Assembly (NCBI GenBank): GCA_002269645.1 | Contig: NIVC01000793.1 | Span: forward strand, 248,001-312,000 | Direction: 5' to 3' | DNA: 64,000 nucleotides | Source of the DNA: Macrostomum lignano | Lineage: Eukaryota | Part shown: positions 35,566 through 49,205 of the stretch, piece after piece | How the letters are laid out: each line of letters starts with the position of its first letter | Numbering within the stretch: the stretch's first letter is position 1 | Position numbers and translations under genes: made by a program | The notes under the pieces: model-generated | What the model was told of the DNA's origin: nothing | The model's input: only the letters and a program-made list of their open reading frames with translations | Database searches by the model: none

Positions 35566-36643
35566 AATAAGTAGCCGATGCGCAATTAAATGTTATTGAT
35601 TCGCGAATGAGTTTTTAAAACATTTATTGATGTGAAACACGGACACGCAGCGGACAGGGGTTACAGGGTCAATTATTCAATTATTTCTATTATTTATCAG
35701 TTTGGGGATTGAACAACGTTGATTAAAATCGAGATAGAAATTAGATGGGACAAAAGAGTGGCAAGAAAATTTGCTTCAAAAATCTACAAAAATTGCGTTG
35801 CTAATGCATCAAACTCTGGTGGTGTGCTCGACCGTGAGCAGGAGTCACAACATTACGAGACTGACAATCAATCAATAGGAGCATAATGCAACAACAAAGC
35901 AAATAAAATAACAATTTCCTGCAAAAGCTGACTACTTCTATCACGCAATTGGGTTATTGTACTTGTATACAGGTATCTATATTAATCTAGTCATTAATTT
36001 GAAGCAATAATTTTTTTGTCTAATTGAGAAGTCCCTTCTGCTTCTGCACTTCTTTATTGCACACCACAAAAGCTATTGTTTTCCCCAACACAATTGCCTC
36101 CTGTCTGATAGCAGGCCCTGCATGCGATAGGATGCTGTCACAGTTGTAAATAACAAAGAGCGGCAGAAAACGGCATTAAAACCCATGCAGCCTAACAACT
36201 ATAGGTACTTCAGTATAAGCGGGGACTGTGGGTGCAGTAGTCCCCCCTTAATTGTCAGAATCCACGGATAGCCGCTTGTTCGTACACAGGGGATTATACT
36301 GCTGTATTTCTTGTGCTGTCAGGTATGCCTGTACACTTTTACTATTTTAATAGGTTTCAAATCAGCCCCAAGCTGAGGACTCAATGAGAGTCACTAACTT
36401 TTTTGTGAATACACAGTTGGAGACGAGCCCGGGTCTTTGTAGGGATCCAAGATATAGTAAAAATATATCTAAATTTTGCTAAAAAAGCGCCAACAACATT
36501 TTATGAGCGCAACAATAGTTCCAAGGATAATCCAACATTTACAGCTCTAACGAATTACAGGAGTCATATAAGCTTGCGGCGCGTTTTACATGGGCTCAGA
36601 AGACAGACGTTGCCGAAGGTTTCTCAGCCATTCGGGAACATTT

Positions 36644-37978
36644 TCAGCACTCATCATTTTGCGATCGACGATCTCCGCTCACAATCAGTGCCTGGGTCAC
36701 CTCGCTGCAAGGCTGCACCGCCTCCACGGGCGCGGCCCCTGCTTCGGGCTTTGTTGTCACTGACGCCTGTCGGCCGCTTGGGGCCGCGAGCTCGAGTTTC
36801 TCACCCCCATTCTTCATTACCGCCGCTCCCGTCACGGATTTGCGACCACCAGCGCCTCCGCCATGACTGCCGCCTCTGCAGTAGCGCAGAACTCGCGACC
36901 GGAAGACAGTCGACGAGATGAAATACGCGACAAAGTTGGTGGCGTTGTTAGCAAACATCAGCGTCTTCAATGCGTTCAGAGTCACGCGGCGCATTGCAGC
37001 GTCGTCTGGAAACTTGTAACCGTAGACATTTAACACCTGAGTGATGGAAGCCGGCAGTGTGGTGATGATGTGGATGACGGTAAGAACTGCCAATATCTTC
37101 ATCACGCTCTCCGGCTTGCGACGACCTCCGCCGCCTCCGTCTTGTTTATTCCGATTATTGCTCGTCTTCTTGCTCTTGTGCTTCTTCACGGCGGCGGCTT
37201 GTCGCCGAATGGCGGCGTAGATGTAGATATTGCAAAACAGGAGGATGGTGTAGGGAATGAACAGATAGGTGACCAAGTCCAGTTTAGCAAACCACTGGCC
37301 AAACGCTTTGTCGTAGCTGCATCGATGCGGCAGCACCGTATAGTCGGTGTCATCAAGATCGTTGACCAGCTGCTCCCAGCTGACTTGATTATTGACCCTG
37401 GTGAGGTTCTTCGCCGGACTGCTCAATAGCCGAACGCATTCAACGACATGGCGATAGAACACAATGGGCGCATTCTTGGCCACCATAATCGCAACTAGGG
37501 AGCCGTAGGCTATTCCCAGATTGCGACCCGTCAGCAGCTGTTGCACCCGGTAGGGGAAAGCGACAGCGATGAAGCGCTCTACTCCGATGCCGCAGAGCGT
37601 GTACACTGCCACGTCGCTGACGGTGGCTACGACCGCCTGGTGCCAGAAGCACACCACCGGGTGCAGGTCGCGGATGTCGACTTGCAGTGTCTCCGTCAGC
37701 CAGTAGCGCACAACAGCCAGTAGCAAAACGGCGCAATCAGTGAGCGCCAGGCTGACCATCAGGAAGCGAGTGGTGCCACGATTAGACCGCTCGGTGCCCT
37801 GAATGTAAGCCGTGGCCAAGTTGCCGGCAGCGCCGCCGACAATAATGATGGCGCCAAATACTCGGATGCACCATTCGGCGGCGACCAGTCTGGTGCTTTT
37901 GTCGCCGGAGTGCCCTGCGCTGGGGCAGACGTTCACGTAGCCGCTTGAGTTGTTTGCGGCGAAGTTGGCGATCGACAT
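36644..37978 (-). CDS. Single-exon orphan class A peptide-type GPCR (FMRFamide-receptor-like), 444 aa
   Basis: Seven hydrophobic segments: GGAAGNLAT, TRFLMVSLALTD, C..W, VERFIAVAFP, TM5 YLFIPYTILLFCNIYIY, TM6 ILAVLTVIHIITTLP, TM7 ANNATNFVAYF. Confidence 0.9.
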   Translation of the reverse strand: MSIANFAANNSSGYVNVCPSAGHSGDKSTRLVAAEWCIRVFGAIIIVGGAAGNLATAYIQGTERSNRGTTRFLMVSLALTDCAVLLLAVVRYWLTETLQVDIRDLHPVVCFWHQAVVATVSDVAVYTLCGIGVERFIAVAFPYRVQQLLTGRNLGIAYGSLVAIMVAKNAPIVFYRHVVECVRLLSSPAKNLTRVNNQVSWEQLVNDLDDTDYTVLPHRCSYDKAFGQWFAKLDLVTYLFIPYTILLFCNIYIYAAIRRQAAAVKKHKSKKTSNNRNKQDGGGGGRRKPESVMKILAVLTVIHIITTLPASITQVLNVYGYKFPDDAAMRRVTLNALKTLMFANNATNFVAYFISSTVFRSRVLRYCRGGSHGGGAGGRKSVTGAAVMKNGGEKLELAAPSGRQASVTTKPEAGAAPVEAVQPCSEVTQALIVSGDRRSQNDEC

Positions 37979-38639
37979 CCAGCCGTTGTTCCTCTGTCTG
38001 ACGACAATGAAAGAGCCGCGTAAGCGTGTTGAATCGGGAGGCGATGGCTACACGCGCGAACGCAAGCCTTCTTGACTTTGTCGCGGCCTTTATTTGCCTG
38101 CTGTAGGGCCAATGGAATCGGTTGAGCTGGGGTGGGCTAACGAGGAAGGAACGAGGAAGGCCACTGGGCGCCAATCTCTTTCAAGCATTGTTGAGTTTCA
38201 CATGCCCATTATACGAGCTCGTATCTGCCTATCGGTCCATTTTTGTCCAAGAGAACCGATTGTCTATTATGGCTGCTCTACGTGCTCTGCATCCATTGTG
38301 CATATCTCACTGTCAGATTTTCTCAGCCATGCTATCTACTTTTCAATCTAGCATAGACCTTCCTAGTCTTGCAGATACGAGTATTTTAAACGGTCAAATC
38401 AATGCAAAAGGCGATATAGAGCCTACGCTCGTATCAAAGCAGCTCTCGCGTCAGCCCTTATCCTATGCAAACACGAATATATAATTTTCATCGATTTCGC
38501 ATCTTTCGCTTCGCTTCAAATCCGCTTTTCAAAGCTGGACTCTGGGCCTCGCTTGCTCAATTATTCTTTTTTAGTCTGCGCCTGTTCATGGATCAGGGGA
38601 ACGGCCTAGCTGTTTGAATCCGCGCTTGCTGTGAGTCCG

Positions 38640-39596
<957 letters not shown>

Positions 39597-40499
39597 CAGA
39601 AATGCGAGAGATTATTGTACAGCCGCTGCATTTCTAGACAATTTCTTGCCTCAAGTTATCCGTCACGATCGGGATTAGAAGAATATGAAGCAGGGTTAAG
39701 CGCTTTCTCACTAGTATTATTTATTCTCTGAAATCCCCCAACCCAGTGCCTCCTACAGTCTGAGGAGGCAGTTTCAGTGAAGCGGAACCTCAGCCCTTCA
39801 GCTAATTACATTGGAAGTTAAGCAATTTAGCGAGATATGAGATGATAATTCCGCCGCCATAGTTTTCAATCAGCCCTCAATCATCTCGTCCGCAGTCTCG
39901 TAACTTCCTCTTTGCTATTATTATGCCTCAACTTTGCAATTGACGCTGACTGACTGTAATTTCCGCGGTTGGGAAAATCCTTCCAAGAAATATGCGGCAG
40001 CCATTGTAGTTGAGTAGTGCGAAATGGCACAGGCGACAGCGGTAAGGCCTCACGCACACGAGAGGAAACAATAAACTGCTCTAAGGGAGCCGGTTATGGC
40101 TTCGGTGTAGTCAGCCTTTTTCTGGTCATTTTCTTCTCACTCTGCGGTGATCCGCGTGCGTGCAAAGTATTTTTTCCGATAAAAATAACAATTAGCACTT
40201 CAATCAAGTTGCCACCTGATCAACCGACCGCTACTTTGTGCTGCTTTGATATTCTAAGGCTTCAGTGTAAACAACAGATGCCATGCAGCTTTCTTTTTGC
40301 TGCAAACTTTGTGAATTCAGGGAAACTCTCACGCTAGTAAGACCCGATTAGCAAACGACAAAGAGGAAGGGCGAAGGTTGGAAAAATCAAAGGTAGAGAG
40401 GCACATAAATACAGAGGAAAAGTTAATAAAATGGACAGGCAACAAGGGAAAGGGCGGGAGTGCATGAGAGGTAGACAGTGTGTGTGGGAGCTTGGAGGA

Positions 40500-41210
40500 A
40501 TTTGGAGAGGGAGAGAGTGGGAGAGGTGAGAATGAGAGAGGGCAGAGTTGGAGAGGGAGAGTGGGAGAGGTGAGAATGAGAGAGGGCAGAGTTGGAGAGG
40601 GAGAGTGGGAGAGGTGAGAATGAGAGAGGGCAGAGTTGGAGAGGGAGAGAGTCGGAGAGATGAGAATGAGAGAGGGCAGAGTTGGAGAGCGAGAGTGGGA
40701 GAGGTGAGAATGAGAGAGGGCAGAGTTGGAGAGGGAGAGTGGGAGAGGTGAGAATGAGAGAGGGCAGAGTTGTAGGGAGAGTGGGAGAGGTGAGAATGAG
40801 AGAGGGCAGAGTTGGAGAGCGAGAGTGGGAGAGATGAGAATGAGAGAGGGCAGAGTTGGAGAGGGAGAGTGGGAGAGGGGAGAATGAGAGAGGACAGAGT
40901 TGGAGAGGGAGAGTGGGAGAGGTGAGAATGAGAGAGGGCAGAGTTGGAGAGGGAGAGTGGGAGAGTGGGAGACGTGAGAGTGAGAGAGGGAGAGTTCCAG
41001 AGGGAGAAGTGGGATTGGAAAGAGAGAGAGGGAGAGCGCAGAGAGATTGGGAGAGTGGGATAGGAAAAAGTGGGAGAGGGAGAGTGGAGAGGCAGACAGA
41101 CATTGTTTGGACCTTAGAAACGCTTTCTGTAAACAGAGTGGGAGAGGGAGAGTAGAGAGGGAGTGGAGAGGGAAAGTGGGACAGTGGGAGAGGGAGAGTG
41201 GAGACTAGGA
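40500..41210. repeat. Purine-rich 44-bp minisatellite decaying into AG-rich low-complexity sequence
   Basis: Unit GAGAGGGAGAGTGGGAGAGGTGAGAATGAGAGAGGGCAGAGTTG; period 44. Confidence 0.88.
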
Positions 41211-41900
41211 GATGTGGAGGGAAACAAAGCAGGAGAGTGTGGGACGCAGCAGTTGCGAAGGCATCAGCTCCAGTTAGGCGGCATTATCCAGTAGGACAGT
41301 CGAACTTTATTGGCGGCAATAAAGATTGGTAAAAAAAGGCCGAGACAGCCGACGGAATTCCACTGAGCCGGCCGCTATCTCCTAATCCCCAGGCGGAACG
41401 CGCGGCAGGCGGAAGTCCAATATGTTTTTGCAAATGAGAATTGCAGGGACAGGACTCCCAGCTGAAGGGGTGGTGGGGAGGTCTGTAGTGCCCAGACAAG
41501 GGTAAGAATCGCAGTCAAAGTTCATAGCTCCCTTCTACTTTTATCTCCTCCTCTTATATCGTAGTATATCTGAGGCGTGCTTCAGTTAAACCGGATTTTA
41601 TAGTCATTCTGTTTCTGTGCAGGAAATGCCGATAAGCCTATAATTAGTTTATCGAATGAGATTTGGTGCAAGTACCGTCCTATTGCAGACCCTCAACCTC
41701 ATCTCTCTCCAATTTCTATCAAGCATTGTAGAGTTGATCCGCACGAATAAGTTTATCAGGCCGGAATGCCAGTCTATGAGTGTCTTCATTGCGTCGAAAT
41801 TGAGTACCATGTCATCCCGCCTGTACTGGGGCAGTGGACAGTGTGTTCTGATTAATCGATCCGCTTTGTTGAAGCCAGGATACACCGGTAGCGGAGTATT

Positions 41901-42222
41901 TCAGGGTAGATGGTGTTAGGGATAGCATGGGATGTCAGGGTAGATGGTGCTGTGGATAGCATGGAATGTCAGGGTAGATGGTGCTATGGATAGCATGGGA
42001 TGTCAGGGTAGATGGTGCTGTGGATAGCATGGGATGTCAGGGTAGATGGTGCTGTGGATAGCATGGGATGTCAGGGTAGATGGTGCTATGGATAGCATGG
42101 GATGTCAGGGTAGATGGTGGTGCTGGAGTTAGCATGGGGTGTCAGGGTAGATGGTGGTGCTAGGGTTAGCATGGGATGTCAGGGTAGATGATGGTGCTGT
42201 GGATAGCATGGAATGTCAGGTA
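41901..42222. repeat. 34-bp minisatellite (TCAGGGTAGATGGTGCTGTGGATAGCATGGGATG), about 9 copies
   Basis: Unit starts at 41901, 41935, 41969, and so on. Confidence 0.9.
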
Positions 42223-42944
42223 GCATTATGGAGCAATAATTAGAGGAATTTTATGGGTAAATGGAAAAACAGATGTGGCAAGGGAATTTAGGGAGAAACC
42301 CCAAGGTAGTCTTGAGGCTGGCATGTGGAGTTCTCTATTCAGATCTTTCGTAGAGCTTAGCAAAAGGTGGAGAGAGTTGAAGATTTCCCCTGAGAAGGAT
42401 ATCTGGTTGCAATCAGTGCTCAAGTTTGCACAGATCAAGCAGAGCATTTTAGGACTTGACAAACACCTAATTAGTTGGATTTTGTTAGAGATTCACCTGC
42501 CTACGCAGAAGGCTAATTGAACTCGTCTCCGTGTATTCCTTTGTCAAATAAAACAGGGAGTGTACGAGTGCTGGTGTTTAGCGCGGGTCGGAACTACGAG
42601 CTAAAAACTCAGAGGGTCACAGGAGGCAGTGAGCAGTAAATCAACTTATACCGAATCCGTATTTTAATTGCCATCTATGATGGGGCAACTTTAGTAGAGG
42701 TTTCGTGTCTCATAAATCTCATAAATTTAATAAACTGAAATTCTGAATTCTATTAATTTGAGAAAGATGGAGCAATTCTCTGGTGGAATTACTCTGCTGC
42801 CAATTGAGATTCAGCTTGACTCCTAAAAGGAATTGTCAGGGAACCTAAGATCCTATTGATAGAAGGCGTCCTGAGTATGATCCGTGACGTACAACTGTCA
42901 ACAGCTGGATAATCTGCTGTTGTGGAGACTCAACCTGATGATTC

Positions 42945-43250
42945 AGGGTTCTGCGTGCTGGACGACATCGAAGCTGCTATTTTGTGCCAAGGAGGTGCGC
43001 TATATTAGCAGTTCGTCTAGGAGGATGGATCTGTATGCAGCATTGCCGTGGGCTTCTCAGTAGCCCAAGGCCCTACCTGACCGCTAGAGGGTGGCGTTGT
43101 TCCAGGCTTAGAGAGACTATTATAGACTATTTAGACTATTTAGACTATTTAGAGAGACTAGACTGTTATTTCGTTGACCGCCTACCCGGGTTGACGGCAC
43201 AGCCTACGTTTGCGCCCAGGCACTGAGGCGAGCCCTGTGTGACGCTGATG
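42945..43250 (+). mobile_element. Heavily deleted relic of the RTE-like LINE (copy 5)
   Basis: Colinear patches GACGACATCGAAGCTGCTATTTTGTGCC, AGGCCCTACCTGACCGC, GAGGCGAGCCCTGTGTGACG match copies 1-3. Confidence 0.6.
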
Positions 43251-43655
43251 CTCTGTGGACTAACCTGACAGCGTACTTTGTTGATGCTCTAATAGAAATT
43301 GGCGGTTAACCTTACTGGAAATCTGCTTGGAAGGAAGGAAGATAGGAACCTGGATTAACGTACCAACTTCGACCTCTTTCTGTACTGCAGTGCAATATAT
43401 TCTCGTTCTCATTCTACTCGTACTTCATAGCTTAGTAAAATTACTTTTAAATTTAATCCCCGCTTTGGCCCGGCCAGCTGCCTATCTCCTCCGTGTATTT
43501 TCATTTCTTGGACTCCAAGAAATAATTGTCTATGGCTAAAAAACATTCTTTCAAATGAGTTGAGACTCCCATCAGGCGTTTCTTGGAGGCCAAGAAATAA
43601 TTGTCTATGGTAGTCTCATTTCCTCCCGCTGGCTGCGGCAATTAAATATTACAAC

Positions 43656-43782
43656 CCCCACTTGATTTGGTTGTCTATGGCCTAGAACGACTTCGGACTG
43701 CGCTTCTCGGCCTCGGCTTCGCCTCGGCCTAGAAACCCAGTCCTCAGCCGTTCCTAGGCCAAAGAAACAAAATCAAGTGGGG
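43656..43782. mobile_element. Small palindromic MITE-like hairpin
   Basis: CCCCACTTGATTTGGTTGTCTATGGCCTAG ... CTAGGCCAAAGAAACAAAATCAAGTGGGG around a central CTCGGCTTCGCCTCGG. Confidence 0.6.
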
Positions 43783-44789
43783 ATTCTCTTATACTTCATT
43801 TAGCCGAAGTGCTCGCACCTGAATCATTTAAAGCGGCGCAGTTAGCCGTTCATTAGCTGGAGCAGTTGCCCTTGCTGAACTCTCACTAGCTACCTGACAG
43901 GCTGTTTTTGCGTTGACAAACCTTCATTCAGGATATTGGATGGTGAAGTTTGTTTTTCTGGTCTTAAAAAAAATTCCGAGTCGAATGATTAGTGCTTTCG
44001 ATTAATTAAAATATAATTAAAGTCAATTTTGCTTCTCCAAATTGCGCGCTGCACTGAACTGCCCCCCTCAACTAGACTTTCAAACGTGACTTTGAACAAG
44101 ATTTTTTCTATCAAATTCATTCCTCATTTGACCGTCGATGTTCGACCGCCTAGACCATGGTTAGAAAAGCCGATTCGCTTCCTTAACTTATATTCCTCGT
44201 CTTCTTCTTCAGAGAAAGAAGCGCCGGCTGTCTGGTTGCAGACGACAGCGAGTGGATCAGGCGTACAGCAACGGCCTGCGCCGCCCAGACATCCATTTTG
44301 TCAATTTTTTCTTAAGAAAAAACACGTCGTACTCCTGCCTAGGGGAAGGCAGGGAGGGCAAATCCACTTTGTCAGCCGTGTCAGTTTGACAAAGGGGGCA
44401 AAGCAAAACACAACGAACGGCGGACGAGCGCCGGGTTTGGGCTGAAGCCGTCCGCTGGTGGCTTCTTTGGGCTTGGGCCGGTCATTGATTGATTGCATCG
44501 GGCAAGAATGCAGAACATTTTTTTCTCTACAGAGCGACTGCTCCGTTCAAGTACGCAAAATACGATTGATTGTTTGCACTGGGGCCAAGAAATATGGGCT
44601 TTTATTCCTAAATATTCCGAGGTCATTCCATTGTTTTCCATAAAATACTTGTTAAATTGAAGGCTAGATACACTTTTTTAAATTGGCTATGGCTAGTGGT
44701 TCAGTTTCAATGAACTTCAAAGTATCTCGGTCCTTTTGATTGTCTACTCTACAGTTGTCATAGAGCCTTTCAAACAATTTCAATGGCCA

Positions 44790-45280
44790 CTGTCAACCAC
44801 TGTCTACGGTCATCTTGCACTCCTTCAACCACTGTCAACAACCATCATGCAACCCTTCAACCACTGTCTACAACCATCATGCAACCCTTCAACCACTGTC
44901 TACAACCATCATGCAGCCCTTCAACCACTGTCTACAACCATCATGCAACCCTTCAACCACTGTCTACAACAATCATGCAACCCTTCAACCACTGTCTACA
45001 ACCATCATGCAACCCTTCAACCACTGTCTACAACCATCATGCAACCCTTCAACCACTGTCTACAACCATCATGCAACCCTTCAACCACTGTCTACAACCA
45101 TCATGCAACCCTTCAACCACTGTCTACAACAATCATGCAACCCTTCAACCACTGTCTACAACCATCATGCAACCCTTCAACCACTGTCTACAACCATCAT
45201 GCACCCCTTCAACCACTGTCTACAACCATCATGCAACCCTTCAACCACTGTCTACAACCATCATGGAACCCCTCAACCAC
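44790..45280. repeat. 32-bp minisatellite (TCAACCACTGTCTACAACCATCATGCAACCCT), about 15 copies
   Basis: Direct inspection; explains ORFs 44736-45365. Confidence 0.92.
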
Positions 45281-48200
45281 GTCTATTTTTCCGTGGAACA
45301 CCTCTAACCCTCAGTCAATGGACACATCTAAAAAGTGTCCAATGTATCTAAAAATAAATCAGTAAGTATTATATTCAAATTTCCCGTCCCTAGTTTTTTT
45401 ATTTCTATTTTTATTTAACGACACGAAAGCTGTAAGTTCTTGCTCGGATGTGGACACTTTTTGCTATTTGGGCTGAATTTTAACTCTCAGAGGATGCTAC
45501 AGAAAACACATGGGTTGAAAAAGACAGAGATCGGCTGAAATGAGGACAATGACAGTTGCAGTGTTCACGTCAGGCTAAAATGCGACGTGAATAGAAAGTG
45601 TAAAAATGTTTGCTTTGTATTTCTTACGCCAGCAAAATTAGTCGATGAAGCAAAAGAGGGGCCAGGCGCGGTGCTCGGCTTTACTTTATCGGTTTTCGTT
45701 CCAACCCAACACCATCCATTGTTTAATCTCCGGTAGTTCGAGTTTAAACGTAGATGGGATTAGTATTTTATTAATCTGTTCCCTGGTCGCGTCTTCTATT
45801 CTCGTGTACTTTTTGCGTTGCATTGCTGTAACTGAACTGTTGCATTTCGTGCACTATAACAGCAGAAGCCGGCCGCATCAATTTGATGCATTTTTAGCCA
45901 ACTGAAAACTTCAACTGATGGCAAAGATTTCTGCCAAAATAAGGCGCATGGCTTCTTTTTTCTTGTACTTTTCTCTATTTAGCGCATTGTGACTGGGGTG
46001 ACGCAAGTCTCCCCATCTGGTTATTGGAATTTCTATGTCTGCGTATATTGGACTGCAAATCGCCGTGACTGAATCAAAGGGGAAGAGAAATTAATACGGC
46101 ACGAAGAATTATGAGAGGGGTCGGAATTAATGGATGCATGCAGGCTGTTCAATCAGATGCCGATGCGTGAGCCAAGCTGGTTCCAATATTGGGCTGGGGC
46201 CAAGGAGACCCGGACCTAGACCACCCAGAGATGAGATCCAGACTTCAGGCATCACTTGGCTAACTGAAGTTATCAGAGCATGTTAGTTTAGTTGGACCAA
46301 ATTTTGTTCATGATCTCATTTTAAAGCTGAATAAACGGTTCAACGTCTCCCTGGCCTTGGCTGGGCTAAGATCCGGGATGTGAATATCATAGCTTAAGAT
46401 TGCAACTGCGAGCCCCACCCCCCAGTGGGACGCAATAAAAAGTGACCCGCGATGATGGTAGAGAATATTTGGCTTCCTTACTGGTTCTCGCGTTCGAGAC
46501 TCGCACAGATAAATAATTCATTTCGCTTAGACTGCTCAGACAGGATTTTCTTAGCCAAATTTACATCTCAAAGAGAAATACATGCAGCGATCTCTGAGAA
46601 GATGCCTCTGACAAGCAAGGAGCCGGACAGCGAAAATTAATATTCCGCGGAATGACCCTGGAAACCAAAACAGCAGTCCACTATTCTCAGCGCTACTCTT
46701 TGCCTGCTCTGTACAGTGTTACAGCGCGTAATTCATATTTGAAAGCTGTGAATTCACGCCCTTATAGTCAATACAACAGCTGCAAACCGGTAGTGGCTGA
46801 GGGCAGTCATTATTGAGAATAATGGGTGGGGGGAACTGCAATTTTGTTACTTATCGATTTTCATCGCCAGCCGCTCTGTAGTCAGAAAGTCATGCAGCTG
46901 CGCGGCGGGCTGTCAGTAAGCTGTCAGCCATGTCAGCACTATACTATTCAGAAGCTTGTCACGCCCCGCAGGCTCGCTTCTCAACGCCCGGCATGCCACA
47001 GCTTACTGACTCACTGCCGGCTTTAATAGTCAACGGCCCACATGAGGATGCAAGCTCTTCAGTACTCTCTCCCACTGAGTCGGTATTTTTTAATAAGTTT
47101 TTTGTGCTGTATTTATTAACTTTTTTATTTATACTTACAGCTAGCTATTTTTGTTCCTTCCACCAAGAAAATTGCAATATTCCGAGAGTTGCAAGCATGC
47201 CTGACAGGTTTTAGTAGTCCTTGACCAGCTTTTGATGCAAACCAGCTTTTGCTTCAACCCGCGAACAATATAACGATTGGATCTAGAAAAAATCTACACA
47301 CGAACGATTAGAAACGAATGTGCAAAACGAGTGAAGCATAAAATGCGTGCTACTTACTCGTTAGTAGCATTTGCGTCTAATATCTGTGGTATTCAGAAGA
47401 CCCGATCGTGGCCGTTAATTGAAAGAAAATAAGTGCAGGTAAAGAATAAATAGTATCTAGTTCAAGCATATTCCTAAGCTGACAGCTTTTGAGCTAGCAA
47501 TACTTCTGAAGCCTAGTGCTCTTGATCCACAACGGGAATAATAGGATCAATACTTAGTTATATTCCTTCATCATTTGCCCCATCGATATTCTGTTGTTTC
47601 TCGTATACGAGTTCAACATGTCCCCACAGGTGTGCCGATTGGCATGGCAACTGAAATTAATTGCAATGATTTTTCTTACTCCAATTGAATATGAAGATTG
47701 TTTCTATTGATTGGGTTGCTGTGTTCTAAAAGGTCATGGAATTATCTAGGCTTCTTTTTTTCTATTCTCAGCTAGGCGGCATTGTAAAGAGACAGCAGCC
47801 GTCCTATCCAGCCCTGAGCCCATGCAGTTAAATTTAACTCTTCATCACTTTATATTGCCAAGCATTAATTCGAATTGTACTTTTACCTTTTAGAGCGTGT
47901 AGGATGACAAAACCTTGAGATGCATGGAGCTTGAGGCTTTTTAACGCGATGCTCTTGTAATGCTCCGAATTGTAAGTTTAGCAAACACCTGAATAATGAA
48001 TCGCGCATGAGTTTAAGAGGCGGTAGAAAATTCTCAACACCAATTCTTCGGGCCACTTGTTCACATTAATTTTTCTTGGCGCCAAAGCAACTCTTGGCGA
48101 CGCGCACACGGTAAGCTTTCAAGCTTATACAATGAAATCAGTGAGAATAAAAGGGGTAATCGAGAAGCGCGAACAGACTGGAAACTGGAACTTGTTACGA

Positions 48201-48799
48201 AATAACTAACAAAGCTGACCAGAACTATTGCTCTATGCACTGCGCCCCGCGGCAATTCCATGCTTCAAAATAACTTCTACCGACCTTACCAGAAGATTGT
48301 TAAAAAGACAGAAAAATGCTAGACTGTAAAGTTTGAAACTAGTGCCAGCACGAATCAGCGCATACTCTCGACAATAGCTATGTCTCAGCAGCAGCAGGAG
48401 GAGGACAAGTACGTGAAAATGTCCGAGGAAGGCGAGGAACATGAAGTTCCAACGCTGACTAGAGGCGAATACATCTTTTGTGAAGTTTGTCCGGCCGGGT
48501 CTGGCCAAATTTTTCGGCATGCTACTGTTCGTATTCGTGGACATCATGGCTGTGTATTCCACGCAGAAGATCACTGGAATAGCGATTGCTCACGGCTTCG
48601 GCTTGTTTGTATTGGTGACCGTCATGGCACCCATCAGGTAAATGCTACCGAATTGGCACTTTGGAACTCGTTTCTGGGTTTTTAGTGAGACTTAGTGGGC
48701 GTCACTTTCTGTAGGCAGGAGTCAGGGAGGCGCATGGTCAAAGAATATTTGTTCAATATGATGGGTTTCGACCTTCGGGCTCCTTGTTAGGGAAGCCTT

Positions 48800-49205
48800 C
48801 GGGCCTCAGGCTCAGAAATAAATCAATTAGAGACCTGGCCCCCCACTCCTGTCAGATGGTCAGCCCCATGGTAGCTTGATCGTGTGGCGAGCAGTCTAGG
48901 TCCTATAGCTAAGAGAGGGACAGCGAGAGACGAGCAGGGAGAATTTTGAAAGTAGAAATTAGCTAATCCGCAGATCAACTAACTTGCTGCCACCAGCCCG
49001 TGCGCCCTGGCTCACCACACCGGGACTCTCGAAATCGGGCTTCCGACTAGAAGGGGCTTTGCACTTACCTGCCAACTAGTGTCTTTTTGCTGTCAATCTC
49101 GAAGTCATAGCCGATGATAAGGGACACTGCTGGGACTAGATCGCGTTGGCCATGCAGGTACAGAGGGGACTTGTGCAGGGGATTCTTGCGGTGGCGAGTC
49201 TATGG
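48800..49205. repeat. Dispersed ~400-bp repeat, second diverged copy at ~59555-59955
   Basis: Shared blocks CACTCCTGTCAGATG, GTCCTATAGCT, TTAGCTAAT.CGCAGAT, GCACTTACCTGC, GGGACACTGCTGGGACTA, TTGGCCATGCAGG. Confidence 0.75.

Noticed and set aside
34923-36251. TTAAGGGG...CCCCTTAA as a Kolobok/piggyBac-type element
   Set aside because: The inverted match does not extend beyond 8 nt.
41649-41885. 78-aa minus-strand ORF as a possible orphan exon
   Set aside because: No recognisable motif or convincing splice partners.
44301-44498. WICPPC as the end of a PHD finger
   Set aside because: The other Cys/His ligands are absent in frame.
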